Positions 45,836-57,506 of a stretch of DNA of 64,000 nt are shown here, piece after piece. The notes beneath the pieces are model-generated. The model made no database searches, was not told the origin of the DNA, and saw nothing but the letters and a program-made list of their open reading frames with translations. How positions within the stretch are numbered: position 1 is the stretch's first letter; the number at the start of each line of letters is the position of its first letter. The stretch covers positions 682,001 through 746,000 of the forward strand of contig CBFFRQ010000032.1 of assembly GCA_965644315.1 (NCBI GenBank), read 5' to 3'. This DNA is from Caecitellus pseudoparvulus (lineage: Eukaryota; Protista; Bigyra: Bicosoecida). The position numbers and the translations under genes were made by a program.

Positions 45836-47921
45836 CTACTCGGAGCGAGACTGGCTGTAAATGTACCTGACGAACAGTACTGATGCCAGGTATGACACAA
45901 ACGCCTGCATGAGCGCGAAGCCAAAGGCACAGAGGGCAGTGTAGCCGAAGAAGAAACTGGTCTGCAGGAACCCGCTCATCTCAGAGTGAGAGAAGAAGTA
46001 CCACGCCGCGTAGGCCATGACGCAGCAGCCCCCCGAGATGCCAGAGAGAACTGGGCGCCACCACCATTGCCAGTCTTCGTTGGCCAGCTGGTAGTATGTG
46101 AGGGCAATGGAGACGAACGCTGCGACGAGTGTGAACAGCCCGACTGCGATGAGGAGGATGCCAAACAGCGTGTACACACGGTGCCCCCACATGGCTGCAA
46201 AGATAAAGTGCACCTCCACAGAGATGGCGGAGAATGGCAGCAAGCCCCCCATGACCACCTGCGCCAGGAGGGGGGAGCGGTACCACGGCAGGGCTGGGAT
46301 CTCCCGCCGAACCTTGTTGGTGCGGCCTGGCGCAACCCAGGGAGTGGAGTTCTTGCCAGCAATGGCACCCAGCACAGTGAGGGGGAACGCGAAGACGAAG
46401 TAGATGGCCACTACCATGAAAATGGTGCCGATGGGAAGAGCAGCGATGCTGGCATGCGCAAACGCCGTCGTGTTCAGCACGGCAAAGGTGCAGAGCAGGG
46501 GCAAGGGGAAGATGCCCGCAGTGGTCATGGTGTTCCACACCCACGCCGTCCCACCCAGCTGCTTGTACAGCTGCCCTGACACGAAGCCCCCCACGGGGGC
46601 GGAGAAGGCGTACGCCAGGATGGCGGTGGACAGCATGGCCCCGCGGCGAGAATACTTGAACATGCCCGCCATGGCCATGGCCAGGATGAGCACGACAGTT
46701 GTGAATAGGTGTGCTCCGGTGCCAACGAGGCTGGCGTAGAAGTTGGGCATGGTGGGGGGGCGGAACACGTCAGCGTGCAGGTGTTTCCACCGCACGGCAT
46801 CGTCATCCCCGATGTCGTCCTCCTCCTGCAGAAACGCCGTCAAGTCATTGCGCACCACACGCACAAGCACCACACACAAGAAAGCAATGAGCAACAGCAC
46901 CAGTGCAGCGGCATTGATGATGGAGAGCCAGTGGATCTCCATGTTTGCCGTGAACAAGCCAGCACCCTCCAGCAGGTGTGCTTGCCGCTCATCAAAGGTC
47001 ATTTCAGTGGCATGCCATGAAACAGAGTAGGAGAAGCGCACTTGCTGTGGCTCCACCCCTGCCACGAGCTGCTTCCGCTTGGTGGTGTCGGTGGTAACAT
47101 TCACGGAGATGACGCGGTCGTCGTTGTACGACACGGCAAAGTGCAGGTGAGGGAAGATGAAGTACCGATCCACAGATTGGCCCCCTGCGATGGGAAGGGT
47201 TGCAGGGAGTGTGGTGGGCGCACGCTTCGACACCGCCTCGTGGGCCACGTGCCGAGCCGGACAGACAGGGCAACGCACCTGTCATGAAGGCTAGGTCCTC
47301 CACCACTTCGCCGACATAACCCCACAGGGGCAGGTCATCCATGAACAGCTCGAAGTAGTACTCCTGAGTGCGGGAGGGGGGGCTTGAAAGAAGCGGGAGG
47401 CGCCTGTATTTGCCGTGCGCCTGCTCACCTGCTCGATGGCGACGATGAGCTCGTCCACTTGGGCTGCCGTCAAGTCCACAGAGCACAGCTCCCGCCACTC
47501 TTCCGCCACCCGGTACCGGATGTCATACGGTGTGTTCACACGGCGATCACCCGACAAGTACTCCCCCATGGCATGTTCCTCGCCCTTCAGCGTGCCTGTC
47601 GGGTATTGCACGGGGTGGTGGGTTCACGCCAGACCCCCATAAGCATGGCAGGCAGCAGCGACCGACTCACTGGGTCGGCAGAAGGGAAGTGAGTAGTACT
47701 TGTAGATTTCCGTGGGGTTTGCAAAGGGGCCAACCTGCCACAGCGAGCATGGGGGAGCAGCCTTGCGAGTAGAGGTTCAATTTCCGCCCCACACACGCGC
47801 GCACCTTGTTGGCCACAACCGGCACAGGGTCCAACCGCTCATACTTCCGGCTCTTGGCTGCAGCACCAATGATGCACGAGGCAAGTGCTGCACTCGCCAG
47901 CACCGCCCACAAGCCGCGCAT
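45836..47921 (-). CDS. Transmembrane 9 superfamily (nonaspanin), TM9SF1-like, multi-exon
   Basis: Signal peptide, ANKV/GPFANPTEIYKYYSLPFC, YFELFMDDLPLWGYVGE, EIHWLSIIN, WK.LHADVFRPP, GGLLPFSAI.VE, EDWQWWWR and FVRYIY. Confidence 0.92.
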
Positions 47922-48446
47922 GTCTCTTCCTGGGCGTGTGTGCCAACACTCGCCCAGCGACAGTTGGCTCAGCGCAGGCTCCACTCGATGTCACTGCAGG
48001 CAGCCTTGGAGTGGCACGGTGTGCGCGCATGTCGGGGAGGGAGAGTGCTTTCACCTTCCTTGGAATGTGGAGGTGAGAGGCCAGGTCAAGGCCCAAGAGT
48101 GGCCGCAGGTGCCGCCAATGGTGCACGAGGGGTGTCGTGGGGGTCATCAGCCCCTCCACAAGCAGGCGACAAGCCGCACACCTAGCGGTGGCCCAAACCA
48201 TCACCTGTATGTTCACCAAGCGCCCTGCCTGTCACCAATCATCACCATTCCCAAAAATCTGAAGACCATCCTCACAGCTGTTGGTACAGTACGCAGTCCC
48301 AGCTCAGGTGAGTTTGCGGAATTTGAGCCACACAAGCCTGCCACGTGACAGGGCCAACCCGAAAAGCCCACGCTCTGAAAGCCTGTCAAACACTGTACCT
48401 TCTCCTATTACAGAAGAAGCTGCCTCAAGCTGCCCGCCCTGCCAAA

Positions 48447-49367
48447 ATGAAGGCTTGCAGCGCTGTGCTTGTTGCAGCCGCCTTGATGGCCGGCCTCGCA
48501 TCTTCTGCCGAGGCCTTCCTCCACATGCCGCCATTCCCGGGCTCACGGCACCCTGGGCTTCATCGCCGGCACCAGCCCGTGTTTCCAGCCATGGGAGACC
48601 TGTTTAGACCCATGCATCGTCCAGACAGCCACCCTCTGGGCCAGGAAGCGAGGAAAGCGCCTGCGGCATCAAGTGCCGCTGCTGCCCTGCCACCACGCCC
48701 AGCTGAGTTGGAAGAGCCGATCTCCTTCACCCTGCAAGTGCCACAGTGGGCGGCACAGCAGTCGCTTAAGTACGAATGGCAGGGGGTTCAGGATGGCACT
48801 TCCCTCGTCAAGCTGTATTCAGGTGCGTCTCGAACGTTCCATGCTGCGATGCCCTGGTGATGCTCAAATCGACCCTCGCTCCTTCTGCACGCAGAGCCCA
48901 AACAAGTGATGCAACGTGACCGCTGGGGACGCAGGCGGTTGGTGACTCCTCAGGCTTTTCAGCAGGTGTACCGTGTTCCAGCTGTTCTGCAGGAGGATTC
49001 ACTGCAACTGCAGCTGCGCCGAGATGGAAACGTTCTGCTCACGGCCAAGCCTGCGGCCCCCGCGGCCGAGGCGCATGCAGAGACCGACGGCACCACAACA
49101 CAGCGGGATGCCGCTGGGGCATCAGGGCGTGATAGTCCCATCGCAGACTCGCCTCGTGGAAAGCTAGCTGCCGCACTGAGGGGAGTCAAGTCCCCAGCCG
49201 AGGTGCAATACCGCCCCACGCCAGTGACGCCCGCCCAGGACCCCGATGTACTGCTTGCAGAGGATGCAGGGGACATGGAAGACCTCCCTTTCCTGCAGCA
49301 CGGTGCCGAGAGCGGTGCTGAGGCAGCTTCCGGGTACATGTTCCGAGGGGAGTGGCATGAGTACTGA
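48447..49367 (+). CDS. Signal-peptide-bearing small heat-shock (alpha-crystallin-like) protein; intron 48823-48894
   Basis: Signal MKACSAVLVAAALMAGLASSAEA. FQQVYRVPAVLQEDSLQLQLRRDGNVLLTAKP resembles alpha-crystallin strands b7-b9, and the exons splice in frame. Confidence 0.55.
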
Positions 49368-49618
49368 GCGAAGCAGTCGACCGCCCCGCCCATAATGCAC
49401 AGCGCCAACGCTTGCATGCATGTGTCTCTTGTGGTCGTGTGCGCGTGGGGGTGACTTGCATTCAATCGGCAACCGCTCAAGCTGCCACCTGCAATCCTCG
49501 CCACCGTGCCGCCCACCGCAGCTCAACAGCTGCAGTGAACCCGGTGACCCCACGCAAGCCCACAGTGGCGCTGCTTCACCGCTGCCTCCACAGCACAAGT
49601 GCTAGCATTCGGCGAACC

Positions 49619-51285
49619 ATGTCCGCTGGCAGTGCCACTGGAGGTGGCTCGCTTCTCCCTGCAAGCCAGGCAGCTGCGGACGTGCTTGAAGGGACGAGTG
49701 CTGCGTCAGGAGGCACCCCATCGCACCCCCGATTGGGATCCTTCCTTGGGGTGCCTACCCCAACAGCAGTGGTGGGCACTCGCATGGGCCATGTGCAGCA
49801 CCTGACACCAGGTGTGTGACCAGGACGTCAGAGGGTTTCAGCGTGAAACTCCGCCATGCCTGCCCCCCCGTACCAGTCCCCTGATCCTACCACAGGCCTG
49901 CTGTCCACGCTCCCAAAACCCAGCATCTTTGGAGTTCGCATGGGTGAAATGCTGCGCTTTGTGGACTCTGCATGGCACTCTGGAAAGCCTCTGCGGCAGT
50001 TCCTGAACTTGGGCGAAGCTGCTCAAGTTCTGGTCACTCAGCGCACACCGGGAACAAGCGTGGTGCGTTTGGGGCGCAGCGCGGCGCCAGCCGAATGAGC
50101 ATCCGCGTATGACTGGCCATTCACCTGCATTTACAGTGCACCGACCACAAAGACGCCACGATTGCCTTCGAAGCTGCCACAGGGCGCGTGCACCTGACCC
50201 CAGCTGAGTACGTCGCAGCTGCCTCCGGCCTGCGGGCCGACGCTGCAGTGGCCCCTGCCTTTGAAAACCCGCCAGGTGCAGGAGAGCGGCGGCTGGTTAC
50301 CTCGGCTCGCCGGTCTGCAGCGTGGTGGGCGGCCTGCACGGCCCATGCCGCAGGAATGGAGGTGCCACCACCGCCCCTCCTAGCCACAGTGGGGTCACCC
50401 ACCTCGCCCACAACCTACCACCAGCAAGCCGCCGCAGCATTGTCTTCTGGTGCCACTGGCGTAGTCCTGGGGGGGCTGGGGCTGGGAGAAGACGACGCCT
50501 TTCGGCGCCAAGCCATCGCAGAGGCGGCGCGGGCGGTGGCCTCGTCCGAGCACTTCTGCCCGGTTGTCCTGGCAGGGGGAGTGCAGCCCACTGACATCCT
50601 CACTGCTGTTTGGGCCGGTGTGGACGTCGTGGACAGCGACCTGCCCCTGGCTGCCACCGAGGGCGGCCTGGCCCTCACCTTCTCGACGTGGATGCCCGAG
50701 TGGGGGGCGCCCCCCGCACCCCCCGCGACCCCCGCGGACACCGTCTGCAGCACGCAGCGTGCCCTTGCAGCAAAAGGCGGGCGAGAGATGGAGGCAGCGG
50801 GGGACTGTGTGGACGTGGGGCCTGCAGCGGGGCCCTCCCCGAGCCCCCTGCAGCAGAGCGCCGACCGCCCCGGCAGGCAACCGGCTCCCCCCTCCTGTGC
50901 GACGCCAGATGTGGGCAGTGTAGACGCGCACAAGATGTACTTGAACGCCCTGGATCCGGGACTGACTGTGGACAAGCGCCCTCTCGTGGATGGATGCTCG
51001 TGCTACGCCTGCACCCACCATACCCGCGCCTACGTCCGGCACCTCCTGAACACCAACGAGATGCTGGGACCAGCCTTGCTGCAGGTGCACAACTTGCACC
51101 ACTTCGCGCAGTTCTTTACCGCCCAGCGTAGGGCTGTGCAGGAGGGCAAGTGGGAGGCGTACTGTACCTGGTTCGTGCAGGCCAATGGCGGCAGCGTGGC
51201 TGCCCCAGACGGCAGGGTGTTGTCGGCACCGCCCCGCCTGCAGCCAGGTACCACCTTGGCAGCAGCACCACCTGGCTCAGAGTGA
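49619..51285 (+). CDS. QTRT2: Queuine tRNA-ribosyltransferase accessory subunit, multi-exon
   Basis: N-terminal PRLG...TP....TRMGHVQHLTP, GVDVVDSDLP, and Zn site PLVDGCSCYACTHHTRAYVRHLLNTNEMLG..LLQVHNLHHF. It lacks the catalytic-subunit DSGGFQ motif. Confidence 0.85.
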
Positions 51286-51305
51286 CACAATGCAGCAGCA
51301 GCACT

Positions 51306-53777
51306 CTACGCTTCCCCTGCCAGGGCGGCAAGGCGCCGATTCATGGCTTCGCGCTCGCGGGCGCGCCTGGCCGCTCGGCGCCCTTGCGCTGACCTGGATG
51401 AGGAGGCCCCTGTGGATGCCACTGTGCCTCCCTCGTGGGACCAGTGCTGAGCAGGCTCCAGGTCGCTGCCGCGGGGTGGTGCGGGGGGTGGGCGTTGGCG
51501 GGTGGGAGGAGGGGGCAGCGGGCGGGGTGTCGGCATGCCCGAAGCTGACTCGGCGTCGCTGTGAGGGGTGGCACCCTCCCCTCCTCGCCCGGCAGGCGCA
51601 GGGGCAGGTGTGTCTCTTTGTCGCTCCCTCGACGTGTTGCTGGTCGTCCTACCAGGCAGGCCGGATGAGAAGGGAGCCTCCCACATGTCGCCCCCGCCTC
51701 GGCCCCACCTGCTCATGCGCTGTGCTGCCATGACTGCAGTCACGGAACCACGGAAGGATCGGGTGGAGCGCAGGTGCCCAGAGGCGGCCTCCGAGCGGGC
51801 AGGCCCCTGTTTCTCCGAGGCTGTGGACGTATCGCCGCCTTCTGATCCGCTTCCACCTTCGTCCTTGGCTGGCGGCGGGGTCAGCTCCCCGAAGGCGGTG
51901 TCCAGAGCAGACATGGCTGCCATGGTGGCCGACCTGCCGTGGGTGGGCCGGGGCGGCGCGGGGGGTACCGCGGCAGGTGCACCTGAATCAGACGCAGTGT
52001 GTGCAGGCACCGGGCTGGGCTTCACAGGCGGCGGAGGTGAAGGGTGGGGTGAGTCTGCAGCCCCGCTCACGACACTGACAGGGTCCGCCACGCCAGACGA
52101 TCCCAGGACAGCACTGGACGTGTACGCGTGGCGAAGGCGGTGTACCCTGCCTTCTTGGTCCGAGACGGCACTGTCCTGGCTGGGGAAGGACTGCGCTGTG
52201 GGGGGGCGGTCCAGTCTGGCAGGCGTTGAGTGGTGGGATGCAAGGGTTGGCGGCTCTGGTGCTGGCAGGTGCCGCGACGGGCTGCGAGAGGACGCCTGCC
52301 TTGAAGCATGGATAGCCTTCAGGCGGCTGGCTGCCAGCGCAGGCTGCAGGCTGGCGCCGAGACGTTGCTCCCCCTGTGCCTCGCCTTGGGCGCTGCCTCC
52401 CCTGCCGCTGTCATGGCTGGAGGCCGGCGGCGTGGTGCGTGGGGAGTATGGCAGAGGTGCCGTCGCGAGTCCTTGCCCTGACCAGTGCTGCGACGCCCAT
52501 GCCTGCTGATCTGACAGCTCCAGTGACCGCCGGTGGTGGGAATGCGCTTCGCGCCTGGCGCTCGGTCGAGGTGGTGCTCCACCCCCGAACAGGGCACTGT
52601 CCAGCCCGTGCTCTTGCAGGGAGGAGGGACTCGCAGGAAGGGTGTGTCGCTGTTGCTGCTGCTGCTGCTGCGCGGCAGGGGCCTTGCGGCAGCAAGAGGC
52701 GGCGGTCCGCCTCCGCCAGTGCCGACACGCCTGCCCACCAGCCAGGAGCGCCAGTGTGAACGCCAGCGCCCACACCTCCCACCGAGCGCCAGAAGTGGCC
52801 TGCCATGCAGTTTGCGCGTCGCTTGGGGCGGCCTGTAGAGTGGCCTGTGCTATGCTGCACAGAGAGAGCCATGCAGTGTGAAGGGAGGGCAGGAGGTAGC
52901 GCTGAGTGGCGCCGTTCACAGCCACCCAGCCTGCATACAGCACAGCCTCCACGCGCTCCTCCGGGGACAGGGAAGGGGGGGGTGAGGCGGTGGCAGGAAT
53001 GTCCGGTGCAGGTGAGGCGGGCAGGTGGGCCGCGCCAGGCTCGGGCGCAGGGGTTTGCTGGCCGCTGAGCGGCAGCAGGACACGCATTGACAGAGCCGAC
53101 AACAGTGCCCAGGCACCCCGCGCAGTGGACACAGGGCCACCCAGCCACCACATGAGGAAAAGCGGGGACATGTATATCGCCGCCATCACCGTGGGCCGCC
53201 AGTCCATGGCAGCCGCCCGGCGCAGGACAGTGCCTAAGCTGCCGTCGTACCCCAGCCGGAGAGGGTCGTTCTCGAAGTTGCCGTCGGCCGAATCTGACAC
53301 ACCGCGAGAGGAAGCAAACAAGTCCTCGTTCTGAGGAGACATGAACAGCGCTTCCACCCGCTGGCGGTCTGTCTCGAGCTGCCGCGACGCCGCGCCGGGT
53401 CTGAGGGATGGTGTCTTGCGGCTGTGAAGCAAGGGGAGATCTGTGTCCGCCATGGGTGCGAGCACACGGCACCAAGCAGCATGACTCACCCAGCATTGGC
53501 GGGCTCCAATGAAGGCGATGTGGACTGTTGCATGGGGACGGGGCGCGTGGGTCCATTCGGGCCCTTGAGGACGGGGGGCGGCGCCTGCACGGCTCGCGTT
53601 TCGCACCTGCGTTTCAGCTACCTTGGCCCGCTCCTCTTCGAGGATGAAGTGGCGCCCTGCACCCAGAAGAATGAGCCCTACAATCAACATGAACAGCCAA
53701 AAAAGAAGCCAGATGCAAGTTTGGATGCTCCATAGCGTGATGACGATCACTGCCCGAGCAAGAGAGGCCAGCACCAT
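51306..53777 (-). CDS. Unknown membrane protein with a long disordered Ser/Pro/Ala-rich tail; probable introns 53525-53606 and 53422-53489
   Basis: ATG 53777 (MVLASLARAVIVITLW..., hydrophobic). Two GT-AG introns total 150 nt, which explains the read-through 907-aa ORF. Several more hydrophobic segments follow. Confidence 0.55.
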   Translation of the reverse strand: MVLASLARAVIVITLWSIQTCIWLLFWLFMLIVGLILLGAGRHFILEEERAKVAETQVRNASRAGAAPRPQGPEWTHAPRPHATVHIAFIGARQCWVSHAAWCRVLAPMADTDLPLLHSRKTPSLRPGAASRQLETDRQRVEALFMSPQNEDLFASSRGVSDSADGNFENDPLRLGYDGSLGTVLRRAAAMDWRPTVMAAIYMSPLFLMWWLGGPVSTARGAWALLSALSMRVLLPLSGQQTPAPEPGAAHLPASPAPDIPATASPPPSLSPEERVEAVLYAGWVAVNGATQRYLLPSLHTAWLSLCSIAQATLQAAPSDAQTAWQATSGARWEVWALAFTLALLAGGQACRHWRRRTAASCCRKAPAAQQQQQQQRHTLPASPSSLQEHGLDSALFGGGAPPRPSARREAHSHHRRSLELSDQQAWASQHWSGQGLATAPLPYSPRTTPPASSHDSGRGGSAQGEAQGEQRLGASLQPALAASRLKAIHASRQASSRSPSRHLPAPEPPTLASHHSTPARLDRPPTAQSFPSQDSAVSDQEGRVHRLRHAYTSSAVLGSSGVADPVSVVSGAADSPHPSPPPPVKPSPVPAHTASDSGAPAAVPPAPPRPTHGRSATMAAMSALDTAFGELTPPPAKDEGGSGSEGGDTSTASEKQGPARSEAASGHLRSTRSFRGSVTAVMAAQRMSRWGRGGGDMWEAPFSSGLPGRTTSNTSRERQRDTPAPAPAGRGGEGATPHSDAESASGMPTPRPLPPPPTRQRPPPAPPRGSDLEPAQHWSHEGGTVASTGASSSRSAQGRRAARRAREREAMNRRLAALAGEA

Positions 53778-54112
53778 GCCTGGCCGAAGGAGCCTCGCGC
53801 TGGCTCGCAGGTCCGCACACGTCGTCCCTGCGCCATGCAGTGCCACAACAAGCGGACCCTTGCTGAAGGAGCACCGTGCATCGGGCACTGTGAAATGCGC
53901 TCTTGAATTTCCTGTGTGTGTTGTTTTTGTTATATCAGTCGAGTCTGCGACGGAGTGGTCCAATAGCTTCGAGGAGAATGCATCACGCTCTTTCTCTTCT
54001 GTTACGCAAGTCTGCTCCCAGTTGAGCAAATCCTTCTCGCCGACAATACAAAAGAACCACTCCTCCAGCCATTCTACGCTCCATCAGTATAGAGCTTTCC
54101 TGGTGCGGCACC

Positions 54113-54791
54113 ATGCTTGGCACCGTGCTTGCTCGGCTGAGGCGTGCAGCATTGGGGCTGGGCACTGCTGCCACTTTCACTCTTGCTCAGGCTACGCAAG
54201 AGCCAGCGCGTGCGCAGCGTGGGGGCGAGGTGCCTGACGTGCAACATGATGGGCAGTGTCACTGTGGGGCGGTGCAGTTCAAAGTGCTCGCACCTGCGGA
54301 CATCGTCGTGTGGCACTGCAACTGCAGTATCTGCCACATGAAACAAGTGCGGAAATCACATCTCGTCAGCGTATCGCCTTCGTCTGCTTTGAGCACGCCC
54401 TTGCATTGACCCATGGCAGAACCACCACTTTGTCGTACCGGAGAAAAACTTCGAGCTCGTATCAGGGGCCAGTGTGCTGACGACTTACAGGTTCAACACA
54501 GGCGTGGCCCAGCACAAGTTCTGCTCAGTGTGTGGCGTGCAAGCTTGTGCGTGCCCCAGGTTGCCTGCGCTGCGCAGGCGCATACGACTGCACAGAGCTT
54601 CATCTTCGTGCATTTGACCCTCGAGTGCAGTCTACATTCCCCGCAGTAACCCTGACGGTGTGGCAGTCACAGCCAACTGCATCACTTCCCCCACGCTGGC
54701 GTCCCGCACCGAGCGGTACTTCGACGGCGAGAACTGGGAGGACTTCATTGAAGGCAGCGGCATCCAGGAGCACTCCAAACCCAGGAGCTGA
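54113..54791 (+). CDS. CENP-V / glutathione-dependent formaldehyde-activating (GFA) domain protein; 2 introns
   Basis: HDGQCHCGAVQF...CNCSICHMKQ/NHHFVVP...TTYRFNTGVAQHKFCSVCGVQA/FYIPRSNPDG...FDGENWE. Confidence 0.9.
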
Positions 54792-54805
54792 CAGCACGAG
54801 CTTGC

Positions 54806-54813
54806 AATGCATT
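54806..54813. terminator. Candidate bidirectional 3'-end signal, palindrome AATGCATT, between convergent stop codons
   Basis: Lies in the 25-bp spacer between the GFA and SRSF1-like stops. Function is inferred. Confidence 0.45.
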
Positions 54814-54816
54814 TGC

Positions 54817-55806
54817 TCACTCCTGGCCCTGCGCTGGGGCGGCGCCCTCCGACTCCGCCGCGGGGGGGGGGCCCTCACCCCCACCGGATGCCTGGGCAGG
54901 GGCAGCGCCCTCCACGACACCTGCTGGGGGGGCATGGCCCTCACCCTGCACCTGGTCGCCAGGGTGGCCATCTCCATGAGCGTGTGGGGGGCCATGTGTG
55001 TGATCGGCGGGGCCCGCGTCGCCGCTGCCATGGGTGGGCGGGGGACCGTAACGGCCGGGGCTGCCACTGCGGCCACGGGGACCACTGTCACCCTGGGGCG
55101 CAAAGGGCACCTCTGGGTCTGCGCGGATCTTCGCCTCGTCCCCGAAGCGGTTCTTGAAGATGGCGCCGTCCAGCTTAGGCAGGGCTGCTTCGAAGTCAGA
55201 CTTGCTGTGGAAGTCCACCAGACCCACGTCAGGGCCGATCATCTTGGCGAAGTTGACGTCGCCGGCGGTGCGGGCGAAGTCCTTCAGGTCCTGCCATGAC
55301 GTCCGGTCAGGGAGGCCAGAGATGCGGATGCCCGTGTCGCTGGGCGGCCGCCCGTGGAAGCCGCCACGGGACGCAGAGCCACCACGGTCAAAGCGGTCCC
55401 GCCCGCCCCGTGACAGCTCCACACGAATACGCCCCCCGTCAAAGTTGATGCCGTCTCGATCGTACACGGCGTCTGCAAGGGAGGGGGCCGTGCAGGTACG
55501 TGCGGAATTCGAGGCAGCAGCACTGACGCAGTAAGCAGCGCTGCCTATGGCTGCTAGTCGCGCACCCCCAGCACCTCCGGCACAGCACACAGCCAAGAGG
55601 GCTACCAAAGCTTATCACTCCGGGTTCCATGGCCTGCACGCACCTTCGGCGTCCCGGATGTCGCGGAACTCGACAAAAGCAAACGCTGGGCCTCGCGGGG
55701 GGCGCTTGATGTCAATGCGGCCAGGGCGGTAGCGGTAAAACATGTCCTCCAGTTCTGCCTCCCGGACGTCGCCAGGCAAGTTGCCGATGTAAACCTTCAC
55801 TGACAT
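54817..55806 (-). CDS. SRSF1/ASF-SF2-like two-RRM splicing factor; intron 55473-55643
   Basis: [35 protein letters not shown] and the pseudo-RRM signature SWQDLKD. Confidence 0.88.
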
Positions 55807-56096
55807 GGCGGATGCAAGGGGCCAGCGCGGTGGTGGCAGCAGTGGGTCCTTGTTGGCGTGGCGTTGGCTCAAACTCCGAGGCGCGAAGCGTCGGGCAGGG
55901 TGCACGGGAGAGGGGTGGGGGCATTTCAGCGCTAGGAAAGTGGCCTCGTGCCAAATGTGCTGCTGCCTGGTCACTCCCGTGAGGGTGGATGCGGCGCCCC
56001 GCCCACCACTGTCCAGACCTCTGCGGGAAGCTGCATTGCTAGCAGGGCACCACTGCCCGCCCATCACGCACGTGCAGAGCTAGGGCACTGTGTGCC

Positions 56097-57506
56097 CTAG
56101 CTCAAGTCGTCAAATTCATCCCGGGGCGCTGCAGTGCTGCCCACAGGCGCGGCACTGCCACCGCCGCCCGCAATGCGCGGTGCATCTCGCCCATACACCT
56201 TGGGCAGGGATGACACCACGCCGCCAATGTGCGAGGCTTCGTAGGGGAGGTAGATGAAGCGCGTGCCAGAGGCGCTGGCGGATGCCACCTGCTGCAGCAG
56301 CTGGTTGTACCGCTGCCCAATCATGTACTCTGTCTGGGAGCAGTTGTCAGCGACGATGGCGTCAGCGACGGCGTCCAGGGCGGCCTTCTCGGCGCGGGCC
56401 ACCTCCACTTGGGCCTGTGCAGAGCCCTCAGAGCGTTTGCGAGTGGCCTCCTGCGTTGCCACACCCATGTTGATGCGGGCCATCTTCTCGCCCTCCGACA
56501 CCAGCCGGACCGCGGCCTTGTTGCCTTCAGCACGGATGAACTCGGCTCGACGGCGGCGCTCAGCGATCATCTGCGCCTTCATGGACATGGAGGTGGCGCC
56601 CTTAGGGGTCATGTCCTGCAGCTCGATGCGGTGCACCTTCAAACCCCAGCCCTCAAAGGTGGCGCCGAAGTTCCGCTTCATGTGCAGGTTGATGCTCTCC
56701 TGGGAGCACAGAGCTTCCTGGAAGGTCATGCCACCGAAGACCTCCTTCAGCTGGGTCTGGGCGGTGTTGGACACGGCAGTGGTCAAGTCTTCCACTTCGT
56801 AGATGGCTTTGCGCACATCCTGAATGGAGTAGTACATGACGCAGTTCACCTGCAGCATCACGGTGTCGCGAGTGTACACCTCTTGGGGCAAGAAGTTGAA
56901 CACGCTTTCCCGAAGGTCCACACGGTAGTCGTTGATGATTTCATCCCTTAACTGGCCCTGGTTGATGGAGCTGCAAAGGGGACGAGGCAGTGGCAAGGTG
57001 CTCAGACTGCGCGTCACGTTTGCCAGCAATGGCCCGCCAGCGCCACGAGGTGGCACGCACGGCCACCCAGACAGCCACAGGGGACACAAAAGTAGTACAG
57101 GAGGGAGCAGCTGGACGGCAAGCAGCTGGGCGGTGCGCAGGCACACCAACGTCAAGGCGCAGGAGTTGTCGGGAAAGTTCCTCGACAAGCCCGCCCTGCA
57201 GCCGTAGCAGCAGCGCAAGCTGTCGACCCAAAGCACCAACAACTGCTTGGACTATGCACCAAATGTCACTCGTCGTCACCCAGCTACGTACGTGCGGCGC
57301 CAAGAGAAGTTGCGGGGGGCCTCCACGCAAGGCACCACGCAGTGCCAGCCCGGCGCAAGAATCCGGTCAAACCGCCCAAAGCGCTCGATGGAGATGCTCT
57401 CCGCCTGCTGCACAATGTAAATGGTGCTACGTAGAATGAGCACGACGATGCCGATGAACACGATGGCGCCAATCACGCCACCTGCGACGGCTCCTCCATC
57501 AGCCAT
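56097..57506 (-). CDS. SPFH/band-7 (stomatin-like) membrane protein; long intron about 56971-57291
   Basis: N-terminal TM, IVQQAE...IERFGRF..IL.PGWH..VP, VDLRE....PQEVYTRD, KA.YEVEDL and QM.AERRRRA...AEG.K. Confidence 0.9.

Noticed and set aside
48500-48530. AEA-F after the signal peptide as an ASAFAP-type plastid-targeting motif
   Set aside because: Single weak match, and nothing else in the window indicates a plastid.
51306-54029. 907-aa ORF as a single-exon gene
   Set aside because: It begins at a TTG. An ATG at 53777 plus two GT-AG introns summing to 150 nt explains the read-through.
6-57506. Apparent cluster of membrane-trafficking/phagotrophy genes (Rab, ANKRD13, TRAPPC9, WASHC3, TM9SF, SPFH, sedolisin)
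   Set aside because: They are interspersed with unrelated housekeeping genes and the category is large, so there is no evidence beyond chance.
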